Part shown: one piece after another, positions 1 through 8,875 of the stretch
How positions within the stretch are numbered: position 1 is the stretch's first letter
How the letters are laid out: every line of letters starts with the position of its first letter
Assembly: GCA_041651035.1 (NCBI GenBank)
Contig: JBAZKC010000004.1
Span: forward strand, 8,782-72,781
DNA: 64,000 nt
Direction: 5' to 3'
From: Candidatus Omnitrophota bacterium
GTDB lineage: Bacteria > Omnitrophota > Gorgyraeia > Gygaellales > Profunditerraquicolaceae
Position numbers and translations under genes: made by a program
The notes under the pieces: model-generated
The model's database searches: none
What the model saw: only the letters and a program-made list of their open reading frames with translations
What the model was told of the DNA's origin: nothing

Positions 1-242
1 TGCTCAATAGTCTGTATTTCGGCTTTGTCCCTGCCGATAGATGTGCGCCTGGGCGATCCGGAAGATAAAAGCAGGCAGTCAACCGATGCCTTGACCATCG
101 GCTTACCAGGCAGATCCGTGCGGATAAAATTAATGCCCGTATCCGCAGGAGCCGGTTTAAAGGTTATATTTACTTTATTTCCCGTATGCAGCCCTATTCC
201 TTTTAGATTAAATTCTTTCCCGATCGTCCTCTGTTTATCCAT
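1..242 (-). CDS. lpxC: UDP-3-O-acyl-N-acetylglucosamine deacetylase LpxC, N-terminal part (gene runs off the window start)
   Basis: Reverse-complement translation from the ATG at 242..240 gives MDKQRTIGKEFNLKGIGLHTGNKVNITFKPAPADTGINFIRTDLPGKPMVKASVDCLL..., matching the conserved LpxC N-terminus (GxGLHTG, PA.A.TGI.F.RTDL). It lies directly downstream of lpxD on the same strand. Not in the ORF track because it is partial. Confidence 0.8.
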   Translation of the reverse strand, partial: MDKQRTIGKEFNLKGIGLHTGNKVNITFKPAPADTGINFIRTDLPGKPMVKASVDCLLLSSGSPRRTSIGRDKAEIQTIE

Positions 243-257
243 ATTTTATGCCTTTAT

Positions 258-1292
258 TTACTTATTAAGCTTGGACTCTAAACTTTCTATTTTCTTTTTA
301 AGCTCCGCTACCAATTCATATAGTTTAGGAAGATTCTGAAGGCAGGCATTTACGCGCTTAGCAGTATCGTGCGGCTTAGCGGGATAGCCTGAAACCAGGG
401 TATTAGGAGGTACGGATTTAGTCACGCCTGCCTGTGCTGCGACAATAGCCCCATCCCCTATTGTAATATGCCCGACCAATCCTGCCTGGCCCGCGATGGT
501 AGCGCCTTTGCCGATAATCGTGCTGCCGGAAATTCCGGCCTGAGCCACAATTATAGAATTCTCGCCAACCACTACGTTATGCGCTATCTGCACCAGGTTA
601 TCTATCTTAGTGCCGTTAGCTATAATGGTCTTGTCAAAACGCGCGCGGTCAATAGTAACATTGGCGCCGATCTCTACATCGTCGCCGATTTCTACTGTAC
701 CTGTTTGAGGGACTTTATGATGCTGCCCTTTTATGGTAATAAAGCCGAATCCGTCTGAACCTATAACCGTGCCACTATGTATAATCACGCGGCATCCGAT
801 AACAATACGCTCACGTATAGAAACATTAGGATAGATCAGGGTATCGTTTCCTATAGTGGTATCATGGCCTATGAAACATCCCGCGTAGATTACCGTATTA
901 TCCCCTATAGAAACATTGTCTTCTATAACCGCGCAGGCCCCTATTGCCACATCCTTGCCTAATGAAACGTTCTTACCCAATATAGCGGCAGGATGTATCC
1001 CTTTAGGATGAGTTACCTTATCAGCAGTAAAAGAAGCTACTATCTTGGCAAATGCCAGTGACGGATTTTCTACCCGTATGAGAGGCTTGCGGCCGGCTTC
1101 TGTATCGTTAGAGGCGATGATCGCCGAGGCGCGCGTCTTATCTATAAGCGGGAAATATTTAGGGTTGGCTAAGAAAGTAATATCGCCCTCGTAGGCCTCT
1201 TTTATCCCCGAAACCCCGGTAATAACAATGCTGCTATCGCCTGCCACAACTCCGCCTACAAATTCCGCTATTTCTTTTAGGGTTTTACGCAT
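258..1292 (-). CDS. lpxD: UDP-3-O-(3-hydroxyacyl)glucosamine N-acyltransferase LpxD
   Basis: 344 aa. N-terminal LpxD domain followed by a long left-handed beta-helix of hexapeptide repeats (IGxxVxIGxxxxI...). Sits in a bamA-skp-lpxD-lpxC cluster. Confidence 0.9.
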   Translation of the reverse strand: MRKTLKEIAEFVGGVVAGDSSIVITGVSGIKEAYEGDITFLANPKYFPLIDKTRASAIIASNDTEAGRKPLIRVENPSLAFAKIVASFTADKVTHPKGIHPAAILGKNVSLGKDVAIGACAVIEDNVSIGDNTVIYAGCFIGHDTTIGNDTLIYPNVSIRERIVIGCRVIIHSGTVIGSDGFGFITIKGQHHKVPQTGTVEIGDDVEIGANVTIDRARFDKTIIANGTKIDNLVQIAHNVVVGENSIIVAQAGISGSTIIGKGATIAGQAGLVGHITIGDGAIVAAQAGVTKSVPPNTLVSGYPAKPHDTAKRVNACLQNLPKLYELVAELKKKIESLESKLNK

Positions 1293-1550
1293 TTAATGAG
1301 CACATAACTTACGGAGTCACGCAGTGACGACGTAAGTTATCTGTGCGAATTAATCCCGAAGCGTGCGAAGAAGATTTCGCAAGAAATCTTCAAGCGCTTA
1401 CGCAAGGAATATTACTAACGCACCTAGACCCAAACTTACGGAACGCTAGTGAACGTAAGTTTGCTGGCCGAATTATCCCGCCGAATGCGCTAAAATTATG
1501 GAACAGAATTTTAGCGCTTCTTATGAGGCGGATAATCCTGGCCAACCAAC
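1293..1550. repeat. Structured intergenic repeat, family A, copy 1 (extended copy with two CGTAAGTT-hairpin units plus a GCGCTAAAATT hairpin)
   Basis: The first ~24 nt (TTAATGAGCACATAACTTACGGAG, 1293-1316 = 34116-34139) and the last ~70 nt (GAATTAaTCCCGCCGAATGCGCTAAAATTATGGAACAGAATTTTAGCGCTTCTTATGAGGCGG) are near-identical to 34116-34251. Two inverted repeats AACTTACGG...CGTAAGTT are present (1307-1340 and 1432-1461). A nested IR GCGCTAAAATT/AATTTTAGCGC lies at 1486-1518. Confidence 0.8.
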
Positions 1551-2057
1551 CTATTTCTTATATTTCTTATTCAATATAACTACGATCTTATCGGTGATGT
1601 CAAAACTTTTGTTCTCGTAGACTAATACGCGGTCGTTAAAGACTAAAGAATAACCCTCTTTTTCAGAATACTCCTTTACCGCGTCTTCGATATCTTTTAA
1701 TATCTCCTTCATCTTCTCGTCCTGCTCTTTGCGCAGGTCAGTCTGTTTCTGCCTGTCGTATTCCTGGAAGGATTTCATTTTTGTTTCCAATTCGCCCTTC
1801 TTTGCCTCTTTTTCTTTATCGCTCAACAGATTGTATTTATCCTGATATTGCTTGATATCACTGATCTTCTTGTCTCTTTCGGTAGTATAGACTTTCTCTT
1901 TATCGCTTAGAGCCTTATCGTAATCTTTTGTCTTGCTGTATTCGCTGAATATCTGGCTTAAATCCACATAGGCGAATTTCTCCGCCGCCAAAGATACTCC
2001 TGAGAATACACTTAAACCAAGAAACAACCCGCACAGCGCTACCATTACTCTTCTCAT
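1551..2057 (-). CDS. skp: Periplasmic chaperone Skp/OmpH
   Basis: Start moved to the internal ATG at 2057 (MRRVMVALCGLFLGLSVFSGVSLA signal peptide, GGAGGAAGGG RBS upstream). The mature part is a lysine/glutamate-rich coiled coil typical of OmpH/Skp. It sits between bamA and lpxD. Confidence 0.8.
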   Translation of the reverse strand: MRRVMVALCGLFLGLSVFSGVSLAAEKFAYVDLSQIFSEYSKTKDYDKALSDKEKVYTTERDKKISDIKQYQDKYNLLSDKEKEAKKGELETKMKSFQEYDRQKQTDLRKEQDEKMKEILKDIEDAVKEYSEKEGYSLVFNDRVLVYENKSFDITDKIVVILNKKYKK

Positions 2058-2212
2058 CTGACCCTTCCTCCTTTTGTGAACAGCCTCCTGACAACAAAAC
2101 CCTCTTACCAGGAGCAGCATCCATCATGTTAATTACTTATCAACGCCTATCAATTAACCCCCCGCTACTTAGCTTTGTTTATCTTTACGGGCAAAACTTA
2201 TGGGGGGACAAA

Positions 2213-4579
2213 CTAGAAACCGTGGCTTGCGCTAAAGTGGAATCTTCCGCTGCCTTTTTCATCTTGGCCGGTTGCCTTATCTAAAGGTATACCGTAATCA
2301 AGCATTATTGGGCCGACAGGGGTCTTGATCCTGACACCTATACCAACGCCTGACTTCAAGGCTCCTGAGAAGAAATCACCCATTTTCTCCCAGACATTAC
2401 CGGTATCATAAAAGACTGCCGCTTTAAGAAAATTAAATACCGGATACGTATATTCGATATTGCCTACGAACATTGATTCGCCGCCCACAGGGTCCCTGGA
2501 TGAGGAGTCAATAGGGCCTATCGCCCTTTCTTCATAACCCCTTATCGTATAGGCGCCGCCGGCGAAGAACCTTTCGTATATGGGCACGCGGGTGGTATTG
2601 CCGAATGGATCAGCTAACCCTACCCTGGCCCTTATCTCTAAAGAGGAATTCCTTAATAAGGGTATATAATGGCTTAACCTGGTATAGAGTTTCCAGAATT
2701 CCTTATCTCCTCCGATGCCTGCCCCTTGCAGAGATGCGGTAACTAAGTTACCTTTACGCGTATCAAAAACATTGTCGCGGTTATCAAACGTAATGGCAGG
2801 GGTCAAGCTGCTTATTACATTCTTTCCCACTTCCGCCTTAAGGTCAGCTGAAGCATCGTCGGATACGCTCTTAATATTTACTTGATCTATCCTATACGTC
2901 AAATCCCCCCTCATATATTCGGATAATTCCTTGCCTAACCGCAAATCCCCGCCGATGATGTTCTCGTCATAAGCATAGCCTACATCCGTATCCCTCCTGT
3001 GATGCTGCTGATAAGCATCAAACCCGAACGATATAGGATAGTCAAAAAGCCAGGGCTCGGTAAAACTTAAGTCCAACCCGTTAGTAACAGTACCGAATGC
3101 CGCGCGGAATTTCAGGTTCTGGCCCGCGCCGGTAAAATAAGGCCAATTCCTCCAGTCAAAATTCTTCTGTTCAACTTCTATAAAGCCTACGACCGAGTCT
3201 ACCGTGCTGTAACCGCCGCCGAAACTAAAAGCCCCTGTCTTGGATTCTTTTACCTCAACTACCAGATTTTTCTTATCGGGCGTAGAGGTATCCTCGGTGT
3301 CGTAGCTTACTTCTTCAAAAAATCCTAAATTCTGCAGCCTTTCTTTACTGCGCCTGAGTTTCTCGCCGTCAAATTTATCGCCGGGATGTATCCTCATCTC
3401 CCTGCGGATAACCACGTCCTTGGTTTTAATATTCCCCCGGACATTGATTTTACTGACATAGACGACCTCATTCTCAACAATACTGTAGCCGATATCAACG
3501 CGGCCGGTCTGGGGGTTTACAGAAGTAGCCTCCTGGACTCTAGCGGATATGTATCCGCGATTAAAATATAAAGTCTGTATGCCGGCGACATCTGTCTTTA
3601 GCGCTTCTTCGCTGTAAACCTTGCCCGGGACACATTCTTTTAACTCTGCTAAAATATCCTTTAAGGTCATGTCTTTATTGCCGGTTACGGTAATATTGCC
3701 CACAAGGTACTTTTTTCCTTCTTGTATATTAAACGTAATATACAAGAAAAACGGTTTCTTAGCGTCGGGCTTGACCTCATAATCAGCCGCGACATCGGTA
3801 AACCCGCTCCTGCGATAAAATGCCTTTATACGCTCCACATCTTCTTTTAAGACATCTTCCTTTAAGACACCGGCATTAAAAAACCACGCCCTCCTGGTCT
3901 TTATCAACTTTAAGATACGGTTTTCGGAAAAAGCGGTATTGCCTTTTACATATATATCTTTGATCCGTATCTTTTTACCTTCTATGACGTTAAATTGTAT
4001 ATTCGCTTTATTTGTTTCTTTGTTGATATCAACCTTGTAATCTATTTGCGCCTGGCTGAAACCGATCTTTTCATACATCTTCTTTAGGATCTGGATATCT
4101 TCGGCAAGGCTGGGATAATCAAGATACTGCGCCTCCTTTGATTTTAATTGCTCTTTGAGCTTCTTTTCTGCGGTAGTAATGCGGTTCATCCCCGAGAAAG
4201 TGATCTTCTCTATCGTCGGCCTTTCCACAACATTGACAATTATCTTAATGCCGTCTTTATAATCCCGGGTATCTATCTTAATATCGCTGAAAAAACCTAA
4301 AATATACAGGCGCTTTAAGTCATCGCTGACTACATTTTCCTGATAGGGGCTGCCTACCCTGGTCTTCATCTTGGAAATCACGGTATTAGTGCTTATGTTT
4401 TTGTTGCCTTTTATCTCCAGGGCGGTAACTAATTTGGCTTGCCGCTGGGTTGGCGCGGATGGAGAAGAAGATGGGCTCTGCTCAGAAGAAGGCTCCCGCC
4501 CTTCCTGCTGCGCGAGAACAGGCAGAGTAATGACTGATAACAAGAAAAACGCCAGTAATACTATATGTAGCCTTCGCAT
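2213..4579 (-). CDS. bamA: Outer membrane protein assembly factor BamA
   Basis: ~790 aa. Signal peptide (MRRLHIVLLAFFLLSVITLPVLAQQ), repeated POTRA-like segments, and a C-terminal beta-barrel ending ...RFHFSASHGF. The start is placed at the internal ATG 4579 on signal-peptide logic; the ORF could extend to 4618. Confidence 0.85.
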   Translation of the reverse strand: MRRLHIVLLAFFLLSVITLPVLAQQEGREPSSEQSPSSSPSAPTQRQAKLVTALEIKGNKNISTNTVISKMKTRVGSPYQENVVSDDLKRLYILGFFSDIKIDTRDYKDGIKIIVNVVERPTIEKITFSGMNRITTAEKKLKEQLKSKEAQYLDYPSLAEDIQILKKMYEKIGFSQAQIDYKVDINKETNKANIQFNVIEGKKIRIKDIYVKGNTAFSENRILKLIKTRRAWFFNAGVLKEDVLKEDVERIKAFYRRSGFTDVAADYEVKPDAKKPFFLYITFNIQEGKKYLVGNITVTGNKDMTLKDILAELKECVPGKVYSEEALKTDVAGIQTLYFNRGYISARVQEATSVNPQTGRVDIGYSIVENEVVYVSKINVRGNIKTKDVVIRREMRIHPGDKFDGEKLRRSKERLQNLGFFEEVSYDTEDTSTPDKKNLVVEVKESKTGAFSFGGGYSTVDSVVGFIEVEQKNFDWRNWPYFTGAGQNLKFRAAFGTVTNGLDLSFTEPWLFDYPISFGFDAYQQHHRRDTDVGYAYDENIIGGDLRLGKELSEYMRGDLTYRIDQVNIKSVSDDASADLKAEVGKNVISSLTPAITFDNRDNVFDTRKGNLVTASLQGAGIGGDKEFWKLYTRLSHYIPLLRNSSLEIRARVGLADPFGNTTRVPIYERFFAGGAYTIRGYEERAIGPIDSSSRDPVGGESMFVGNIEYTYPVFNFLKAAVFYDTGNVWEKMGDFFSGALKSGVGIGVRIKTPVGPIMLDYGIPLDKATGQDEKGSGRFHFSASHGF

Positions 4580-4636
4580 TTTATTTATTATATAGGAATT
4601 GCGCGTTGAAATCAACAATTTTAATAAAGGGTTTAC

Positions 4637-5974
4637 TTATTCTACGCGGGTAATATTCTCGAACCTGGTATATTCTTTAATAAATGCCAGTTTCATTGAG
4701 CCTACCGGGCCGTTACGCTGCTTGGCGATCATAACTTCAGCTATACCCTGGTTCTCTGAAGTAGCCCCGTAATACTCCTCCCTTAACAAGAGGACAACCA
4801 CATCCGCGTCCTGCTCTATGGCCCCGGATTCCCTTAAGTCGGAAAGCTGCGGCCGGTGATCAGGGCGCGTTTCTACCGCGCGGGACAGCTGGCTTATCCC
4901 TATGATCGGCACATTTAATTCTCTTGCCAGGGCCTTCAGGGAACGCGAGATCTCGGAGATCTCCTGCTGCCTGTTTTCAATATTAGCGGAGCCGCGCATT
5001 AACTGTAAATAGTCTAATACGATCAATTTTATGTCGTGGTGCGCCTTAAGCCTCCTGGCCTTAGCGCGCAGTTCCATCACGGAAATAGCAGGCGTATCAT
5101 CTATAAATATAGGAGCCTCTGAAAGTTTGCCCGCCGCGGCGGTCAACTTAGGCCAGTCTGAAGTCGCCAGATACCCCGTCCTTACCTTGTGCGCGTCAAC
5201 TCTGGCATGGGCGCACAGCATTCTCTGGACCAGCTGCTCTTTAGACATTTCTAAACTAAATATCGCCAAAGGGATCTTCTCTATTACGCCGGCGTATTCG
5301 GCGATGCCTAAGGCTAAGGCGCTCTTACCCATGGAAGGCCGCCCTGCTATAACTATAAGGTCGGAAGGCTGCAAACCCGCGGTCTTCATGTCAAAATCTA
5401 TAAACCCCGTAGGTATGCCGGTAACGTGCTCTTTCTTCTGATAAAGCCGGTCTATCGTCTCAATACTGTCCTTGACTATTTCCTTAAGATGCAAATAAGT
5501 GCCGTGGGTCCTTCTGTTGCTTACTTCAAATATGAACCTCTCCGCGTTATCTACAACCTCATCGATATTGCCTTCGCTCTCATAACACAGAGAAACAATA
5601 CGCGTGGCGTTGTTTATAAGCGTCCTTAAGATGCTTTTTTCTTTGACGATGGAAACATAGTGGCTTATATTAGCCGAGGTAGGGACGGAATTCGCCAGGG
5701 CCGTAAGCAAACTAGGGCCACCTACTCCATCAAGCATCCCGCTTTTCCTAAGCTCGTCGGTTAAGGTAACCAGGTCAACCGCCTTATTGGCGTTGTAGAG
5801 ATCGGATATCGCTGAGAATATCTTCCGGTGGGAATCTTTGTAAAAAGAATCCTGGTCTAAGGATTCTACCGCTACGGAAATGGCATCCTCATCTAACAGC
5901 ATTGAGCCTAATACTGCCATTTCAGCTTCGAGGTTCTGCGGGGGGATCTTATCTAAGGTTGTTTCAGAAGGCAT
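4637..5974 (-). CDS. dnaB: Replicative DNA helicase DnaB
   Basis: 445 aa. N-terminal DnaB domain (MAVLGSMLLDEDAI), Walker A GRPSMGKSALAL, and RecA-like motifs (LIVLDYLQLM, ...SQLSR). No intein. Confidence 0.92.
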   Translation of the reverse strand: MPSETTLDKIPPQNLEAEMAVLGSMLLDEDAISVAVESLDQDSFYKDSHRKIFSAISDLYNANKAVDLVTLTDELRKSGMLDGVGGPSLLTALANSVPTSANISHYVSIVKEKSILRTLINNATRIVSLCYESEGNIDEVVDNAERFIFEVSNRRTHGTYLHLKEIVKDSIETIDRLYQKKEHVTGIPTGFIDFDMKTAGLQPSDLIVIAGRPSMGKSALALGIAEYAGVIEKIPLAIFSLEMSKEQLVQRMLCAHARVDAHKVRTGYLATSDWPKLTAAAGKLSEAPIFIDDTPAISVMELRAKARRLKAHHDIKLIVLDYLQLMRGSANIENRQQEISEISRSLKALARELNVPIIGISQLSRAVETRPDHRPQLSDLRESGAIEQDADVVVLLLREEYYGATSENQGIAEVMIAKQRNGPVGSMKLAFIKEYTRFENITRVE

Positions 5975-5982
5975 TTCTTGAA

Positions 5983-6426
5983 TTATTTCTTAACAATCCA
6001 GACTTTTATCTTCGCGATGATTTCCGGGTGTAATTTGACGGGGATTTCGTAAATCCCTAAAGATTTCGCTGGCTCATCCAGCATAATGGCATTCTTATCA
6101 ATTTCAACCCCTTCTTCTTTTAAGGCTTCCGCTATATCCTGAGAAGTAATGCTTCCGTATAGCTTGTCTTCTTCTTTGGTCAAAACGGATATGGTCAAAG
6201 AAATATTCTCTAGCCGCTCTCTAATCGCCTCGGCCTCTTTCCTGGCCTTCTCCAGCTGCAGGGTATTCTTAAGCTTGTCCTGCTCAAGCTTCTTTAGATT
6301 CCCTGGGGTCACAGGGAGTGCTGAACCACTGGGTATAAGAAAATTACGCGCGAACCCGTCTTTTACTTTGACAACTGTCCCGGCTTTGCCTATTTTGTCT
6401 ACATCCTTATTTAGAATAACTTCCAT
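5983..6426 (-). CDS. rplI: 50S ribosomal protein L9
   Basis: MEVILNKDVDKIGKAGTVVKVKDGFARNFLIPSG... matches the L9 N-domain. Lies in the rpsF-ssb-rpsR-rplI block. Confidence 0.9.
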   Translation of the reverse strand: MEVILNKDVDKIGKAGTVVKVKDGFARNFLIPSGSALPVTPGNLKKLEQDKLKNTLQLEKARKEAEAIRERLENISLTISVLTKEEDKLYGSITSQDIAEALKEEGVEIDKNAIMLDEPAKSLGIYEIPVKLHPEIIAKIKVWIVKK

Positions 6427-6501
6427 TGGCGGCATCCACTCCTCTTTGCACGGGTTTCATCTGGCGCTTAGCCCATTGTTTTCTCCAGGCGCATCCGTGT
6501 T

Positions 6502-6783
6502 CTAACGTATATAAGGTATCAGCGAAAGGAACCTCGCCTTTTTGATCGCCTCGGCAATGCGCCTTTGATGTTTAGCGCAATTACCTGAAATGCGGCTGGA
6601 GATGATCTTGCCTCTTTCCGTGATAAAGGATTCCAGCCTCTTCATATCTTTATAGTCTATAGAATTGCCTGGCTTGGCCTTATCTACACAGAACCTGCAG
6701 AATCTCTTCCTCGCCACTAAATGATCCCGCTTTTTAGTGGTCTTGGTCTTGGTCTTGGTAAATGTTTTTGTCTTAACTTTCAT
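6502..6783 (-). CDS. rpsR: 30S ribosomal protein S18
   Basis: ...[58 protein letters not shown]: canonical S18 core. Confidence 0.9.
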   Translation of the reverse strand: MKVKTKTFTKTKTKTTKKRDHLVARKRFCRFCVDKAKPGNSIDYKDMKRLESFITERGKIISSRISGNCAKHQRRIAEAIKKARFLSLIPYIR

Positions 6784-7219
6784 TTATTCGTTCCTCGCTT
6801 TCGTCTAACCATGCGTCTTGCGTAGATGGTTCCCCGGAGGATACCTCCGGTGACTCTTCTTTTAATTCAGCTGTACCTTTTGCCCCTCCGGGGCTGCCTA
6901 GAAATTGCACGCGCTCCGCCCTTACTTCGATCACGCTGCGCTTCTGCCCCGCGGTATCTTCCCAGGAACGCGACTGCAGCCCCCCCTCGATAAAAACACT
7001 GCTGCCTTTATGCAGGTATTGGTTGCAAACTTCGGCCTGTTTATTCCAGACCACAGCGGTGATAAAACAGGTTTCTTCCTTTAGCTCCTGATTCTTATTG
7101 CGGAACTTCCGGTTCACCGCGAGCCTCAAGTTAAGCACTGCTGTACCCTGCGGCGTATAGCGTAATTCCGGGTCCTTGGTCAAATTACCCATAAGAAATA
7201 CTTTATTAAAATTTGCCAT
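6773..7219 (-). CDS. ssb: Single-stranded DNA-binding protein
   Basis: OB-fold N-domain ([36 protein letters not shown]...) and a Gly/Ser/acidic tail. The C-terminus ends ...[10 protein letters not shown] rather than the usual D-D-D-I-P-F tip (see findings). Overlaps rpsR by 11 nt. Confidence 0.85.
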   Translation of the reverse strand: MANFNKVFLMGNLTKDPELRYTPQGTAVLNLRLAVNRKFRNKNQELKEETCFITAVVWNKQAEVCNQYLHKGSSVFIEGGLQSRSWEDTAGQKRSVIEVRAERVQFLGSPGGAKGTAELKEESPEVSSGEPSTQDAWLDESEERINES

Positions 7220-7239
7220 TTACTTCTCCTCTCAAATAC

Positions 7240-7533
7240 TTATTCCGCTTTTGTGATGAGGACCCTCAATATATTTTCGTTTAACTTATACGCCTGCCTT
7301 AGCGCGTCTATCGCCAGGGGCAGAATGGAAAAATTCATCAGGAAATACAGGCCTTCCCGGCATTTATTAATAGGAAAAAATAATTTCCTTCTTTCCGCCC
7401 AGACAGCGCTCGCGGATACACTGCCGTTATTTTTGGATACCACATCGCTGATCTGGCCAAACAACGTTTTTCTCTCTTCTTCCGAAAGATCCGGTTTAAT
7501 AATAAACATCGCTTCATACTTATCCATTATCAT
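7240..7533 (-). CDS. rpsF: 30S ribosomal protein S6
   Basis: MDKYEAMFIIKPDLSEEE...: S6 fold signature. Gene order rpsF-ssb-rpsR. Confidence 0.88.
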   Translation of the reverse strand: MIMDKYEAMFIIKPDLSEEERKTLFGQISDVVSKNNGSVSASAVWAERRKLFFPINKCREGLYFLMNFSILPLAIDALRQAYKLNENILRVLITKAE

Positions 7534-8101
7534 TTCTCCTCTTGTTAAAAATATTCATGGTTTCAGTTACGCCTTCTACGGCCCAGGACCGGCAGGCTTC
7601 TTGGGCATCTTCTATTATTTGCCCGATCTGTTCTTTTTCTCTTCTGGTAAAGGGGGACAATACGTATTCGCTGGCTTCTGTATGCTTAGGCGGCCTGTCA
7701 ACGCCGATACGCAAACGCGCGAACCCCTGGCTGCCTAGAGAACCTATTATTGATTCCAGGCCGCGGTGCCCGCCTGACGAACCGGAAGGCCTTAATTTAA
7801 TCCTGCCGAACTCCAGGTCCAGATCGTCACAGACTATAAGCAGGTCATCTAAATTTATTCTATGTTTATTAAGCAAGCTGGATACGGGCGTGCCGGATAA
7901 ATTCATAAAGGTAAGCGGCATCGCCAGTATTACATTTTGAGTCCCGATCTTGATCTTGCCGCTTAACGCGGAACTTCCCTTTTCTTTTGTAAGGGGTATT
8001 TTACAACCCTTTGCCAGGGCCTTTATTACGGAGAAGCCGATATTATGCCTTGAACCTATATAAAGCCTGCCTGGATTACCCAGGCCTACGATTAGTTTCA
8101 T
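7520..8101 (-). CDS. pth: Peptidyl-tRNA hydrolase
   Basis: MKLIVGLGNPG...RHNIGF...: canonical Pth N-terminus with the catalytic His. Follows ctc as in Bacillus. Confidence 0.9.
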   Translation of the reverse strand: MKLIVGLGNPGRLYIGSRHNIGFSVIKALAKGCKIPLTKEKGSSALSGKIKIGTQNVILAMPLTFMNLSGTPVSSLLNKHRINLDDLLIVCDDLDLEFGRIKLRPSGSSGGHRGLESIIGSLGSQGFARLRIGVDRPPKHTEASEYVLSPFTRREKEQIGQIIEDAQEACRSWAVEGVTETMNIFNKRRNDNG

Positions 8102-8112
8102 TAAGCCGCAAA

Positions 8113-8829
8113 CTATTTCTTCTCTTTATCTTCGGCCTTGGATTTGGCCTTTTCCTTACTTCCTTCTTCTTCGCCTTCAGCGGCCGTTTCTTTCTTCTCT
8201 TTGATCACTTCAGGCTCTTGTGTTGCTTCGCCTTCAACAGCTTCGGCAGGGACTTCTTCTTTCATAGGTGCCGCTACGGATAAGACCACCGCGTCCGGAT
8301 CGTTTAAAACCTTGACATCGGAGGGGACTTTTAAGTCTTTTACGCATACCGCGTCCGAGATCTTTAAGGGGCTGACGTCCACCTGGATTTCTTTGGGGAT
8401 ATTGGTAGGCAAACACTCAACCTCGATCTCCCAAAGTATATGCTCTAAGGAGCCGCCTTCCTGTTTTACACCCATGGGCTCGCCTATAGCTACCACGGGC
8501 ACATTGACTTTAATAGATTTAGTTAAAGATATCTCGTTAAAATCCACGTGTATTATGTCGCCATGGATAGGATCATGCTGTATCTCTTTTATCAAACATG
8601 ACCGGGAATCATGTTTTTTGCCGTCATTGATCTTCAGGTTGATCAATACGCCCTCTATCCTGTATTGATGCACCAGCCTTAACAACTCCCCGTGCGAAAC
8701 TTTTACGGGTAACGGCTCTTTGCCCTGCGTATAAACTATCGCGGGAATAAAACCTTTTACCCTCAAAGCCTTAACTTTATCTTTGCCTATTTCCTGCCTT
8801 GGTTCTGCGTCTAAAAATATCTTTTCCAT
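8113..8829 (-). CDS. rplY: 50S ribosomal protein L25 / general stress protein Ctc
   Basis: L25 beta-barrel domain plus a Ctc-type C-terminal domain and a Lys/Glu-rich tail. Confidence 0.85.
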   Translation of the reverse strand: MEKIFLDAEPRQEIGKDKVKALRVKGFIPAIVYTQGKEPLPVKVSHGELLRLVHQYRIEGVLINLKINDGKKHDSRSCLIKEIQHDPIHGDIIHVDFNEISLTKSIKVNVPVVAIGEPMGVKQEGGSLEHILWEIEVECLPTNIPKEIQVDVSPLKISDAVCVKDLKVPSDVKVLNDPDAVVLSVAAPMKEEVPAEAVEGEATQEPEVIKEKKETAAEGEEEGSKEKAKSKAEDKEKK

Positions 8830-8875
8830 TAGTAGTCAGCTCCTTAAATAAATCTGGACCTAAAAACAAGCCCGT

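Noticed and set aside
25-339. 104-aa plus-strand ORF at the window start
   Set aside because: It runs antisense to the lpxC N-terminus and the lpxD C-terminus, both strongly supported by homology.
1343-1579. 78-aa plus-strand ORF (MRINPEACEEDFARNLQ...) in the lpxD-skp spacer
   Set aside because: It lies entirely inside the family A structured repeat. Copy 2 of the repeat has no equivalent ORF. The composition is not protein-like and no RBS is present.
5031-5441. Plus-strand ORFs antisense to dnaB, rplI, ctc, ilvD, pfkA, ptsI, yvcK and frr/pyrH (for example 5031-5441, 6149-6505, 8138-8668, 37208-37633, 39616-40182, 44605-45018, 45409-45918, 46729-47121, 49048-49530)
   Set aside because: All are mirror-frame ORFs inside well-supported minus-strand genes. 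They are Ser/Leu/Ala-rich and low-complexity, with no RBS and no homology.
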